Origin: Bacteroidetes bacterium CG2_30_33_31
GTDB lineage: Bacteria > Bacteroidota > Bacteroidia > Bacteroidales > UBA1556
DNA length: 64,000 nt
Direction of reading: 5' to 3'
Assembly: GCA_001872625.1 (NCBI GenBank)
Contig: MNXP01000049.1
Location: 100,142 to 164,141 of the forward strand
Both the position numbers and the translations under genes were made by a program. Positions 48,963-59,600 of this stretch are shown here, one piece after another. Positions within the stretch are counted from its first letter, which is position 1; each line of letters opens with the position of its first letter. The notes under the pieces were generated by a model. The model had not been told where the DNA came from, searched no databases, and worked only from the letters and a program-made list of their open reading frames with translations.

Positions 48963-50906
48963 TTAAAAAGCAGTAACTTTCATTTCTGTTCTTCTGTTTT
49001 TCTGGCGACCTTCTTCATTATCATTTGAATCTATGGGGCTTTGCTCACCATAGCCAATGAAGGATAAATTTTTAGTTGATATTCCTTTATTAACTAAAAA
49101 ATTATATACCACTTTAGCACGATTTTCCGAAAGAATTTTATTATCATTTGGCGAGCCAACATTATCTGTAAAACCAGCTATTTGAACCTTTAAACTTGGG
49201 TTATTTGTTAGAAGATTAAATACTTTTTCCAATTCTACGTTTGATTCTGGATTAAGATTGAAACTGTTCGAAGCAAAGAAAACGTTTTCCAAAACAATGC
49301 TCTCCCCCACTTTTATTTTCGACATAGGTACATTTTTAATAAAAGGTTTGTCGGCAGGTTTAATGATATCAATTTTAAAATTTTCAGAATAGAATAAATA
49401 TCCTTCAAGATAAGTATTTAGAGCAAAATTCTGACCTTGGGGAATACAAAAAATAAACTCACCTGTTGTAGGATCTGAAGTAGAATGTATCCAAATTTTT
49501 CCTGTTTTCAAATCTATCAAATCAAATGATACTTTCAGGTTTACATGAGTCTCTTTGTCGAAGGCAATTCCTTTGGAATATGTTACAGGTGTTGGTCTTG
49601 CCTCTTTATAAAGTTCGAAATTATATATATCAAATCCACCTTTTCCTCCATATTTATCGCTGGAAATATATGCCAATGTTCCTTTTGAATCTATCAAAAT
49701 TCCCATTTCATTATCTTTAGAATTAATAGGATATCCAATATTTATCGGGTCAGAAAAACCGCCATTTGCATCTAATTTTGAATAGAATATGTCTGTTCCT
49801 CCCATTCCTAAATGTCCATTAGAAACAAAATATAGACTTTGTCCATCTGGATGAATAAAAGGTGTCATTTCATTTTTTGAAGTATTGATTTTTGATCCCA
49901 AATTTGTAAGATTTCCATAAGTTCCGTTTTCATTTAATGTAACTTTATATATATCACTTCCTCCAAAGCCACCTTTTCTGTTGCTTACAAAATAAATGGT
50001 TTTTCCATCGCTTGAAATCGATGGCTGTGATTCCCAATAAGCTGAATTGACTCCCTCTCCCATATTCACAGGATCACTCCATGAATCGCCATTTTTAACC
50101 GAATAGAACAAATCGAACCTTCCAAAATTTTCTGAACGGTTTGAAGCAAAGACAATTAGCCTTCCATCAGGCGAAATAACCATAGCCCCTTCATCGTTAA
50201 CTGAGTTGAATTTTTTACCTAACATTTGTCTAAATTTCCATTTATCTGATTCGTCCTTATTGGCAAAGAAAAAATCCTCTACTAGACTTCGTTGTCCAGA
50301 ATTCATGTCAGATGGATGTTTCACTGTAAAAATCATCATTTTATTTTCAGTGTTCAATGAGTTTACATATTCATCAAATTCCGAATTAATATTTTCGCCA
50401 AGATTAGTGGGATTAAAAGCTACGGGATGTTTCATGAGTTCGGAGGCAAAATCACATATATCAATATCGTGTAATACTTTATCATGCAATGTATTATCAA
50501 AATTTTCTGATTGCAAATAACTACGTAAATGAACGGCGGCATCTCCAAATTTTTCAATACTCATCTCTCTTTCAGCTGTCATATAAAGTAATTTTGGGTA
50601 ATAACTTTCATTTATGCTTAAAGCTTTTTTATAATATCCCAATGCTGCTTCATCATTTTTTTTGCTCGAATAAATATCGCCTAAAACCATAAATGCATCA
50701 ATAAAATTAGGATCCTTAGCTATTGCAAGTTTCAATGTTTCTTCAGCTCTTTCAGGCTTTCCAATTTTCATTAAATCGATGGCGTTTTCGTAAAGCTTTA
50801 TTGCTTTTTTTGAACTGCTGTAGTACTGCTGATTCTTTTGTGAGTAACATGAACTGAAAGCTAATAAACTTAATAAAAAAATAATAAATAATGGCTTATG
50901 ATGCAT
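48963..50906 (-). CDS. PorE-like (PG1058-type) lipoprotein: TPR + TolB/PD40 beta-propeller + CRD-like beta-sandwich + OmpA_C peptidoglycan-binding domain
   Basis: 647-aa ORF with lipobox LLAFSSC. N-terminal TPRs, repeated PD40-like blades (SPDGRLIVFASNR, SSDGKTIYFVSNRKGGFGGSDIY, HPDGQSLYFVSN), and a C-terminal OmpA motif (GFTDNVGSPNDNKILSENRAKVV...NRRTE). Confidence 0.7.
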   Translation of the reverse strand: MHHKPLFIIFLLSLLAFSSCYSQKNQQYYSSSKKAIKLYENAIDLMKIGKPERAEETLKLAIAKDPNFIDAFMVLGDIYSSKKNDEAALGYYKKALSINESYYPKLLYMTAEREMSIEKFGDAAVHLRSYLQSENFDNTLHDKVLHDIDICDFASELMKHPVAFNPTNLGENINSEFDEYVNSLNTENKMMIFTVKHPSDMNSGQRSLVEDFFFANKDESDKWKFRQMLGKKFNSVNDEGAMVISPDGRLIVFASNRSENFGRFDLFYSVKNGDSWSDPVNMGEGVNSAYWESQPSISSDGKTIYFVSNRKGGFGGSDIYKVTLNENGTYGNLTNLGSKINTSKNEMTPFIHPDGQSLYFVSNGHLGMGGTDIFYSKLDANGGFSDPINIGYPINSKDNEMGILIDSKGTLAYISSDKYGGKGGFDIYNFELYKEARPTPVTYSKGIAFDKETHVNLKVSFDLIDLKTGKIWIHSTSDPTTGEFIFCIPQGQNFALNTYLEGYLFYSENFKIDIIKPADKPFIKNVPMSKIKVGESIVLENVFFASNSFNLNPESNVELEKVFNLLTNNPSLKVQIAGFTDNVGSPNDNKILSENRAKVVYNFLVNKGISTKNLSFIGYGEQSPIDSNDNEEGRQKNRRTEMKVTAF

Positions 50907-51164
50907 AATTAAAAAGCTTTGATTTGGAGATTAAAAGTAAAATAAAATTGCTTTAGTTTTTCTACAAATTTCTTTGTTAATTCTTATCGAAAAGCTCTAA
51001 ATTTTGAAACGCAATAAAGATTAAAATTTTTATTAAATGATATTTTTCATGTAATGAAATTAAATCCATTTAAGTGTTAAATTTTATGTAACTTTGAGGA
51101 TGTTATTATGGTATATAATTATAATATATAAATCGGTAAATCTTTTAATACTTTAGATAAACTT

Positions 51165-51758
51165 ATGAATTACTTAGCCCACTTATATTTATCAGGCGAA
51201 AATGAACCTATAATGCTTGGGAATTTTATTGCCGATCATATTAAAGGTAACAAAGTGTCGAAGTTTTCTGATGAAATAAAGATGGGAATAGAGCTTCACC
51301 GTCATATTGATTATTTTACCGACCATCATACAGAATTCATTAAAACTCGTGAACGACTTCATGAAAATCATCATAAATATGCTGGTGTTGTGGCCGATAT
51401 TTTCTACGATCATTTTCTCTCGGTGCATTGGAAAAATTATTCAAATATTGCCTTATCAAATTATGTAACCTTCTGTTATGGACTGCTTTTAAGAAATTAT
51501 ACCATACTTCCTTCAATAACAAAAAAAATTCTCCCTTTTATAATTATGCAAAATTGGCTGGTTAATTATAAATCTTTCGATGGGTTAAATAGAAGTTTTG
51601 AATTGATGGCACGACGCACAAAATACAAGTCAAATATTGGCAATGCTGTCGAAGATTTAAAATTAAATTATGAAAGATATAATAGCGAATTTGTGCTATT
51701 TTTTCCTGATATTCAAGAGTTTGCCAAAGCAAAACTTAAAGAGCTTCAAAACAAATAA
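51165..51758 (+). CDS. acpH: Acyl carrier protein phosphodiesterase
   Basis: 197-aa ORF. MNYLAHLYLSG...LGNFIADHIKG...H..IDYFTD.H is the conserved AcpH N-terminus. Confidence 0.8.
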   Translation: MNYLAHLYLSGENEPIMLGNFIADHIKGNKVSKFSDEIKMGIELHRHIDYFTDHHTEFIKTRERLHENHHKYAGVVADIFYDHFLSVHWKNYSNIALSNYVTFCYGLLLRNYTILPSITKKILPFIIMQNWLVNYKSFDGLNRSFELMARRTKYKSNIGNAVEDLKLNYERYNSEFVLFFPDIQEFAKAKLKELQNK

Positions 51759-51776
51759 TATTTTCTTTCGAATATT

Positions 51777-53168
51777 CTAATACAAAACTTGAAGCAGAGC
51801 AGCCTGAATTTCTGCTGGGCCTTTTGGTTTGGACATAATTATGTCTTTTTTATCTAAAATATATATTGTGGGAGTCATCCAAATATTATAAGAATTAACA
51901 ATTGGGCTCGACATACCTTTCAAATCTGAAACGCTAATCCAGGTTAAAGAATCTTTAATAATATTATTTTTCCACATGCTTGCTTCATCATCAATGGCAA
52001 CGCCAATTACCTCAAGCCCAGAATTTTTATAATCATTATATATTTTCTTTAAATCTGGCATAGCTTCCTCACAATGGGGGCAATCACTTGAATAGAAAAT
52101 TATCATTTTTGCCTTAGCTTTTATATTATATAAATCTACCAAATTGCCAGCACTATCGGGCAAAATAATACTTGGCGCTTTTTTGCCAGGCTTCAAATTT
52201 TTTATTATAGTTGATTTATTAACATAATATTTTCTAATGCTTTCATTTAAATTAAATGAGTTAGTATAGTAATTATCAATTAAATAAACGAACACATCTT
52301 CCCAAATAGTATTGTCGAAATTTTTGATAAATAGGTTAAGGCAATATTGATAAACCTCCTCATTAGAATTAGCTAATGCCATGACTTTGCTTATAATATT
52401 ATTATAATTTTTTGTAGTTGCAGGTCCACCAAAATTTGTAATAAAATCGCTAATAGTTACATATACAACTTTTGAATTCAGCAATCTGGGATCAGAAAAA
52501 TCCACATTATCCAAAAAATGATTCCAATAATATTCCTTTTCAGAATCATAAGGTAAATTGCCATTGCCTGCAAGATACCGCCTGTATGAAGGTATTTGAT
52601 ACGATAAAAGCAATTTTGGGGCAAAAGATTCAGGATGCAATTTTTTTTCTTCGTCAATAAAGTCATAAAGCTTATCATTCAGTCGATTTATATCTTCATA
52701 CAATTTCAAGCTCTGTTTATTTTCATTTCCATAAGTCGCTTGCAATATTTTTTGTCTGGTCAAATTATATTTATTCACACTATCTTTTATCATAATTGCA
52801 TATTGCCAATATCCAAAAAGTATTTGATTCTCAACAGATTTTCTCACTTCCATGGTCATCAAAATATTTTCGATATTAGCTTCAAGCACAATGTCTTCAT
52901 CATTTAAAATCACTTCTGTATAAACAGAATCATTGAAACTCACCACATACATTCCAGCGGGATATTTTTCAATATTTGAAAAAGCAAATCCTCCAGATTG
53001 CTGCAAGTATGCAGTGTCGATTCCTACCGAGCTCTCCCCTCTCACATTGTACAAAATTGCTTTCTTCGATGCACAACCATTGAGTTTATAATATAAAAAA
53101 TGCGATGTTTGTGCCTGACACATTGTGCCAAAGAAAAGGAAAAACAATAAAATCTTATTTTTTATCAT
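51777..53168 (-). CDS. Secreted TlpA/AhpC-TSA-like thioredoxin-fold protein with a large N-terminal domain
   Basis: 463-aa ORF with a signal peptide. The C-terminal ~140 aa are a thioredoxin fold with SSDCPHCEEAMPDL (CxxC). A 4-nt gap separates it from the upstream PorE-like gene. Confidence 0.7.
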   Translation of the reverse strand: MIKNKILLFFLFFGTMCQAQTSHFLYYKLNGCASKKAILYNVRGESSVGIDTAYLQQSGGFAFSNIEKYPAGMYVVSFNDSVYTEVILNDEDIVLEANIENILMTMEVRKSVENQILFGYWQYAIMIKDSVNKYNLTRQKILQATYGNENKQSLKLYEDINRLNDKLYDFIDEEKKLHPESFAPKLLLSYQIPSYRRYLAGNGNLPYDSEKEYYWNHFLDNVDFSDPRLLNSKVVYVTISDFITNFGGPATTKNYNNIISKVMALANSNEEVYQYCLNLFIKNFDNTIWEDVFVYLIDNYYTNSFNLNESIRKYYVNKSTIIKNLKPGKKAPSIILPDSAGNLVDLYNIKAKAKMIIFYSSDCPHCEEAMPDLKKIYNDYKNSGLEVIGVAIDDEASMWKNNIIKDSLTWISVSDLKGMSSPIVNSYNIWMTPTIYILDKKDIIMSKPKGPAEIQAALLQVLY

Positions 53169-53172
53169 AATA

Positions 53173-55194
53173 CTACTTTTGGGTAATTACAAAAATTGTT
53201 CTACGGTTTTTCTGACGTCCTTCTTCGTCAGAATTATCGGCTATTGGCATAGATTCGCCATAGCCATTAAAAGTCATTCTCTTTGCCGATATTCCTTTAT
53301 TCAAAAGATATTTATAAACTGTTTCAGCTCTTCTTTGAGAAAGATCCAAATTATATTCGTCAGTTCCAATATTATCAGTATGCCCTTGAATTTCGATATT
53401 GATGCTTGAATTTTCATTCATAAATTCAAAGAATGATTCCACAATCTCTGTAGATTCTGGAATAAGCTGGTCAGAATCTGTGGCAAAAAAGATGTCCTCT
53501 AAATTATATGGTTTGCCAATTTGAATTTTCTGAAGTCTAAAATCTATTTCAGCAGGGATTTCATATTTATTATCTTTTTTGCTCACATATTTAGAAATAT
53601 AAACATAATCTCTTTGTTTAACAGTAAGCATAAAATCAGTTTTAAAAGTTGTGGCGAAGGCATATTCTCCTGTCTCAGGATTGACAGGAATTTGAGTTAC
53701 TTCTTTAGTTTTCATGTTTTTAATTTCAATTCTGCCATCAGTTAATATTTCTTTTGTTTCCTCATCTTTTAGAACGCCTTTCAAAAAAAGCACCTTTTGA
53801 GGTCGTGCCTCTGTATAAAGTTCAAAAGTATAAATATCCCAATTTTTTCCACCATTTAATCTGTTAGAAGCAAAAAATCCATTTCTCCCATCGGTGCTTA
53901 CAAAAAATCCGAGGTCATTTTCTTCGGTATTTATTGGATAGCCAATATTTTTGGGAATAGTCCAATTATTATCTTCCAGACGAGAAAAAAATATGTCGTA
54001 ACCACCAAGACTTTTGTGTCCATAATGAATTTCTCCACTTTGGGCATCATCAAATGAAGCTGAGCTAAAATATAAAGTCTGACTGTCGGTATGGATAAAA
54101 GGCGATTTTTCGTTTCCAGGAGTATTTATCACTTTACCCATATTTTTTGCTTTCATCCATTTACCATTTTTGTCTTTGTGTGAAACATAAATGTCTAATC
54201 CTCCAATATTTCCATCTTTTCTGTCGCTCACAAAGTACAAGGTATTACCGTCGGAAGAGATACTTGGCATTGATTCCCAACTGTCGGGCATATTAATTTC
54301 TGTACCCATAGGTGTAATTTCCGACCAATAGCCATTTTGGTAATCTGTTTCATAAATATCGCAATTAAAATATCTATTATTCAAATATTTACATCTTGTA
54401 TAAAATAAATGTCGATTGTCGATAGTTAGAGTCGCACCACCTTCGTTAGGTTGTTCATTAAAAGGTGAAGGCAGCGCAACACCTTCTTCAAAAGTGCCAT
54501 TTGCCAATTTTTTTGAAACAGTAAACCTCTCAACTGAACCATCTTCTTTTCCATAACTGCTATATTGAGGAGATTCTTCGCGTCTTGTAAAATATATATA
54601 TTCATTATCAAGGGTGATAATTGGCAGATATTCGTCCCATTTTGTTGTTGAAATATTGTTAAGTTTTATGGGTTCAAAGGGTACTTTATTGCCATAAACA
54701 TCGGCATAAAATTTTGCCCATTCAGAAAGTTTTAAAGCTTCTTCAAACTGTTTATCTTTAGTTTTTTCGGTGTCGGCAGAAAGAAATAATTCAAACATTT
54801 TATGTGCGCTTTCATAATTCATAGTCGCATAATAAATTTTTGCCAAATAATAATATGCATAGAAATCTTCATAGGCTGGGCAAATTCTAATAATTTCTTC
54901 GTAAGCTTTTTGAGCTATATCGCGCTTTCGAGTTCTATTAGTAACTTTTGAATTCACATCTGCAAGCACCCACCAAGCTTCCAAATAATCTGGCTCTTCT
55001 TCCACCGCACTTTCCAATATTTTACTTGCCTCAGTATATTTTCCATTATGTAGCTCATCCACAGCTTTCTTAAAAAGTTTTTTGGCAGATTTATTATCAA
55101 TATCTAAGCAAGGCGATCCATCTTGAGAATATCCATTTGCAGATATCATCATTATTAACAGTAGGCCGAATATTTTTATTGATAAAAATTTCAC
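53173..55194 (-). CDS. Second PorE-like TPR + PD40 beta-propeller + CRD-like + OmpA_C protein (paralog of 48963-50906)
   Basis: 673-aa ORF with the same domain order and shared motifs (SSDGNTLYFVSDRKDGNIGGLDIY, GGYDIFFS, ELYTEARP, GHTDNIGTDEYNLDLSQRRAETV, EEGRQKNRRT). It has a signal peptide but no obvious lipobox. Confidence 0.7.
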   Translation of the reverse strand: MKFLSIKIFGLLLIMMISANGYSQDGSPCLDIDNKSAKKLFKKAVDELHNGKYTEASKILESAVEEEPDYLEAWWVLADVNSKVTNRTRKRDIAQKAYEEIIRICPAYEDFYAYYYLAKIYYATMNYESAHKMFELFLSADTEKTKDKQFEEALKLSEWAKFYADVYGNKVPFEPIKLNNISTTKWDEYLPIITLDNEYIYFTRREESPQYSSYGKEDGSVERFTVSKKLANGTFEEGVALPSPFNEQPNEGGATLTIDNRHLFYTRCKYLNNRYFNCDIYETDYQNGYWSEITPMGTEINMPDSWESMPSISSDGNTLYFVSDRKDGNIGGLDIYVSHKDKNGKWMKAKNMGKVINTPGNEKSPFIHTDSQTLYFSSASFDDAQSGEIHYGHKSLGGYDIFFSRLEDNNWTIPKNIGYPINTEENDLGFFVSTDGRNGFFASNRLNGGKNWDIYTFELYTEARPQKVLFLKGVLKDEETKEILTDGRIEIKNMKTKEVTQIPVNPETGEYAFATTFKTDFMLTVKQRDYVYISKYVSKKDNKYEIPAEIDFRLQKIQIGKPYNLEDIFFATDSDQLIPESTEIVESFFEFMNENSSINIEIQGHTDNIGTDEYNLDLSQRRAETVYKYLLNKGISAKRMTFNGYGESMPIADNSDEEGRQKNRRTIFVITQK

Positions 55195-55228
55195 TATTAC
55201 TAAATGATATAAAATTATTTTTTACAAA

Positions 55229-56506
55229 TTATTTTGAATAAAAATTAATCATGTTAATGATAGCTTTTGTACAAACAGGACAAAATTTATTGTAAATCAC
55301 AGATTTCATCGAGCAGTCAAATACAGGGCGATAGACACCTTTTTCCACGTATCCTCCACCCTCGAAAGCGCCCACAACATTTTTAAATTTTGTTTCAGGT
55401 GGTGTAGGAATTGATATGCTGTCGTTTACCATACTTTTCCACTTTTTATCGAAGTTCACCAAAGTGGTAAGATTAGGTTCCCAAGGCTCAGACTTCAATT
55501 CGTAGAAATCTTCCACCGACACATCAGAAGTATAATATTCATCGCCTAAGCCAGCCATTGCATGGCCAAATTCATGAGTGAACACAAAGTCGGAATATTT
55601 ATCGTCGGCAGTGCATATTGAATAATAATTATAAATACCTGCACCACCATATTTATCTGAATTTACCAAAATATAAATTTGGTCGTAAGGTGCATTTGCA
55701 GCTGCATTTCTTAGCTGTTTATTGTTTACTGTATTCAAATATCTTTCAGTGCCGAAAGTGTAAAAATGAGAATCAAAAACAGTATTTTTCCATACATTTT
55801 TACCAGGAAGGTCGGTGCCCGACTCTTCGGAAACTACTGGTACAACCCATATATTTATGTTGTCGCTCATTGAACTAAAAGGTTGGCAGTTAATTAAATA
55901 ATCGCGAAAACGTTGTGCATCTTTCATAAATTTTTGCATCTCTGTTTGGTTATAACCTTCTGATAACAAGACAATATCTAAAGCTTTTGATGGAAGATTT
56001 TCGCCATGTATTTTAAAATTTTTGGAGTCTATTTTTAATTTGTTGCTAATAAATTCTGTCATTGGATTAATATAAACTTCATATTGCTTATTCCACAACT
56101 GATTTTTCTGACGGTTAAAAAATGCCACTTTTACAGTATTTTTTGGAAAAGGAAATATTACTGATTCTGAAAAACTTCTGTTAATAATTTTAGCTTCAGG
56201 AGTATAACGCCATTCGGCAAACAAGGATGAAAAACCTCGCGAATAAACCAAGGTATTTGACAGACTGTCATAAACTTCAAATTTATAATTGCCGTAGTCA
56301 AAAGTATCTATTAAATTTACTTTTGAACCACCCCAATATGGCTCGTGCAAAATCTCATCATTCGACATCATTTCCATTGAGCTATTTCCTGTGTGGTAAT
56401 AGTCGAATCTTAAACTTCCTTCAGAAAAATATTTGCTAAAATCCTGAGACATTGCACTATAAGCGAAAAATGTGCTTACTAAAAAAACTGCTAACTTCTT
56501 CATCAT
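55229..56506 (-). CDS. Secreted zinc metallopeptidase, M64 (IgA-peptidase-like) family
   Basis: 425-aa ORF with a signal peptide. HEXXH site in FTHEFGHAMAGLGDEY, the M64 signature context. The N-terminal beta-rich domain is typical of M64_N. Confidence 0.7.
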   Translation of the reverse strand: MMKKLAVFLVSTFFAYSAMSQDFSKYFSEGSLRFDYYHTGNSSMEMMSNDEILHEPYWGGSKVNLIDTFDYGNYKFEVYDSLSNTLVYSRGFSSLFAEWRYTPEAKIINRSFSESVIFPFPKNTVKVAFFNRQKNQLWNKQYEVYINPMTEFISNKLKIDSKNFKIHGENLPSKALDIVLLSEGYNQTEMQKFMKDAQRFRDYLINCQPFSSMSDNINIWVVPVVSEESGTDLPGKNVWKNTVFDSHFYTFGTERYLNTVNNKQLRNAAANAPYDQIYILVNSDKYGGAGIYNYYSICTADDKYSDFVFTHEFGHAMAGLGDEYYTSDVSVEDFYELKSEPWEPNLTTLVNFDKKWKSMVNDSISIPTPPETKFKNVVGAFEGGGYVEKGVYRPVFDCSMKSVIYNKFCPVCTKAIINMINFYSK

Positions 56507-56616
56507 CTAAGTTTTAAATTCGTGGCCAAATTACAAAAAATGGTGCTTAGAAAAGGAAGTTATTCAGTTGGCTTTAAAAAAAATCACAAATTATAGAATT
56601 CTAACAATGTATTATG

Positions 56617-59600
56617 TTAAAACATAAAACTTAGCACAGTGCTTATCACAATATCTTTTGTAAATGGCTTGGCAATAAATGCATCAAAACCTTGGTCGAG
56701 GAGTCTATGTTCATCGGCCTGCATATAATATGCAGTCTGTGCTACTACTGGCAATTCTGGATAAGCTTTCTTAATTAATTTCATTGCCTCAATTCCACTA
56801 ATTATGGGCATTTTAATGTCCATGAGAACCAATGATATTTTTTCCTTTTCAATAATATCCAATACATTATTCGCTGATTGTAAGTATATTATATTCACCT
56901 TTGGAACAATTTTGTGGAGAAAAGCAGTTAGCAAAACGATATTATTTATATCATCATCAACTACAAGAATTTTATTATTGATGTATTTATCTTTAAAATC
57001 TTCTTTAGGTTTTGTGAAAATATTTTTTCCTTTGGCATTTACTAATGGAATGGTAAAGTAAAATTCAGAGCCAACATCAATTTTAGATTCCACCCAAATT
57101 TTACCATTCATAAGCTCTACTAATGCTTTTGTAACTGCTAATCCAATGCCAGTACCTTCATTAATTACTCCTCTTGGACCTTCAGCTTGACGAAATCTAT
57201 CAAAAATTATTTTCTGATTTTCTTCCGAAAGACCTATGCCACTATCTTTTACATAAAAAGTTAAGAAACCATCATGCCTATCTTCAAATCCGAATTTGAT
57301 AAATCCTTCGCTTGTATATTTTATGGCGTTACCAATAATATTATATAAAATTTGTTTTAAACGGAGTTGGTCAGCGAGCACAAAATAAAACTGAAGTTTC
57401 AGCGATTCGCAATAAACTGAAAGGTTTTTGTTGGAAACAACTTTTGAATCAAAAATAAAATTTTCATATATTTCTGTCAAAACTTTCGTCGCCCTAATCT
57501 GTTCAAGATTCATTTTAAACTGGCCTGCTTCAATTTTTGAAATATCTATTATGTCGTTTATCAATTCCAGAAGATGATTGCTGCTTTTTTGTATGATATT
57601 TATGTAGGTGTTAAGTTCTTCATTAGTAACTCCTTGCTTTATAAACTCAGTGAAACCAATTATATGATTCATAGGAGTGCGAATCTCATGCGACATATTA
57701 GCTAAAAATGCCGACTTTAATCTATCACTTTCCTCAGCTTTAAGTTTGGCTTGCATTAAATCTTTTTGAATTGTTTTTTGCTCGCTAATATCTTTTGCAA
57801 TAACCATAAAATGAGGTGTTTCGCTCTTAGAGAGAACTGTGATTGATGCAAGTAAGGAATGAGTATTGCCTTCTAAATCATGAATTTCATATTCCAAATT
57901 AGTTAGTTTTCCCTGTTTTAGAAGTTTGGCTGTCATCTCTCTACTAACGTTAAAATCTTTGAAAAGACTTATTGGAAATTTAGATATTTGTAACTTATTC
58001 AAGCTATAACCTGTCATTTTTACAAAGCTTTCGTTAACTTCTATAGCTTTACCAGTTTTTGAATTTACAACAGCGATTGCATCTGGTGTGTTTTGGAAAC
58101 CAAGTCGGAATTTTTCTTCGCTTTCTTCCAAAACTTTTTTTGCTTTTACTTCTTCCGTAATATCTTTCATTATAACCTGAGCTGCGGCTTTTCCGTTGTA
58201 TTCAAAAGGTATTGAAACCACTTCTACAAATAGCATATTACCCTTCAAAGTGATAAATTTTTCTATAATTGCAGGTGCTGACTGTTTATCTTTAATAACC
58301 TTATCAATTCTGTCTTCCACTATAGATTGCATCTCTGGGAGTATAAAAGTAAAAATTGATTTTCCTATCAAATCTTTTTCATTTTTAGCTTCCGACATTC
58401 TAATTGCTGCCTTATTTGCCATTACAAAAATCCCATTTTGATGTACAACTATTGGACTTGGCGAAAAATCGAATAAATTTCGATACTTTAATTCATTGAT
58501 TTTTAATTCAGAAATCATATTATTCTGAAACAATTTCATCGAAATGTAAGTAGCAACGGATTCAAAAAGTCTCAAATCATCTTTGTCGAAGGCTGAATCA
58601 TTATTATAATCTTGAATTCCCAGAACGCCAATTACATTCTTTTTATGAATCAATGGAATTCCAAGCCAAATTTTTGATTTTGATCCAATAACTTTTATTT
58701 CTTTCTTCTTTTCTAATTTTTCAATATCTTGTTTATTTAATAGAACTGGTTTTTTATTTTTTCTCACATAATCTGTAAGTCCGTCAGAGTAATCACAACT
58801 GTTAAAATCTGATTCTTTATCAAATTCGTCGATGCTAAATGGGAAAGTGTATTTATTTTCTTTCTCATCATAAAGTGCTACATAGAAATTTTTCACCTGA
58901 ACAAATGTGTTGATTATTTCATAAGTTATTTTACAAAACTCACTTAAATCATTGGTAGTGAGAGCAATTTTAGCGATTTGATTTATTGCATCATTGCTTA
59001 ATTTCAATTTTCTTTCTTCCGAAATATCTCTAATGTAGTAGCGATTTCCATTTATCTTGCCTTCTGATTGTATTAATTCCACATAAATATTTAACCATTT
59101 TATATGGCCATTTTTTGTAACTCCGCGTAAGACATAATCTTGAGAGATTAAATCTTTTGAACTTCTATTCGCACGCTTTTCGTTTACTAAATTTAAATCA
59201 TCAGCATAAATGAGGTTAGAATAGTTCAATTTCTTAAGCTCATCGATATTGTATTCGAAAATTTTCAAAAAAGTTGGATTTGCAAAAATCAATTCGTTTT
59301 TTGAAGATTCTATCAAAATTCCCAAGTCTGAATTTTCTACTAATTCAGTATATTTTATGTTGATTTCCTTCAGTTTTTTTTCGTATTCAATTCTAATTTT
59401 CTCATTATTTTTATCTTGAATAGCCTTTTTTATTGCGGGTAAAAGTCTGTTTTGATGTTCTTTTATTATATAATTATCTGCACCAGCAATTAAGCAATCT
59501 ACAGCTGTCATTTCGTTTACCGAACCAGTTACAATTATAAAAGGCATTAGAGGATATTCTTCATTTCTTATTTTCAAAGCTCTCATTCCATCGAAATCTG

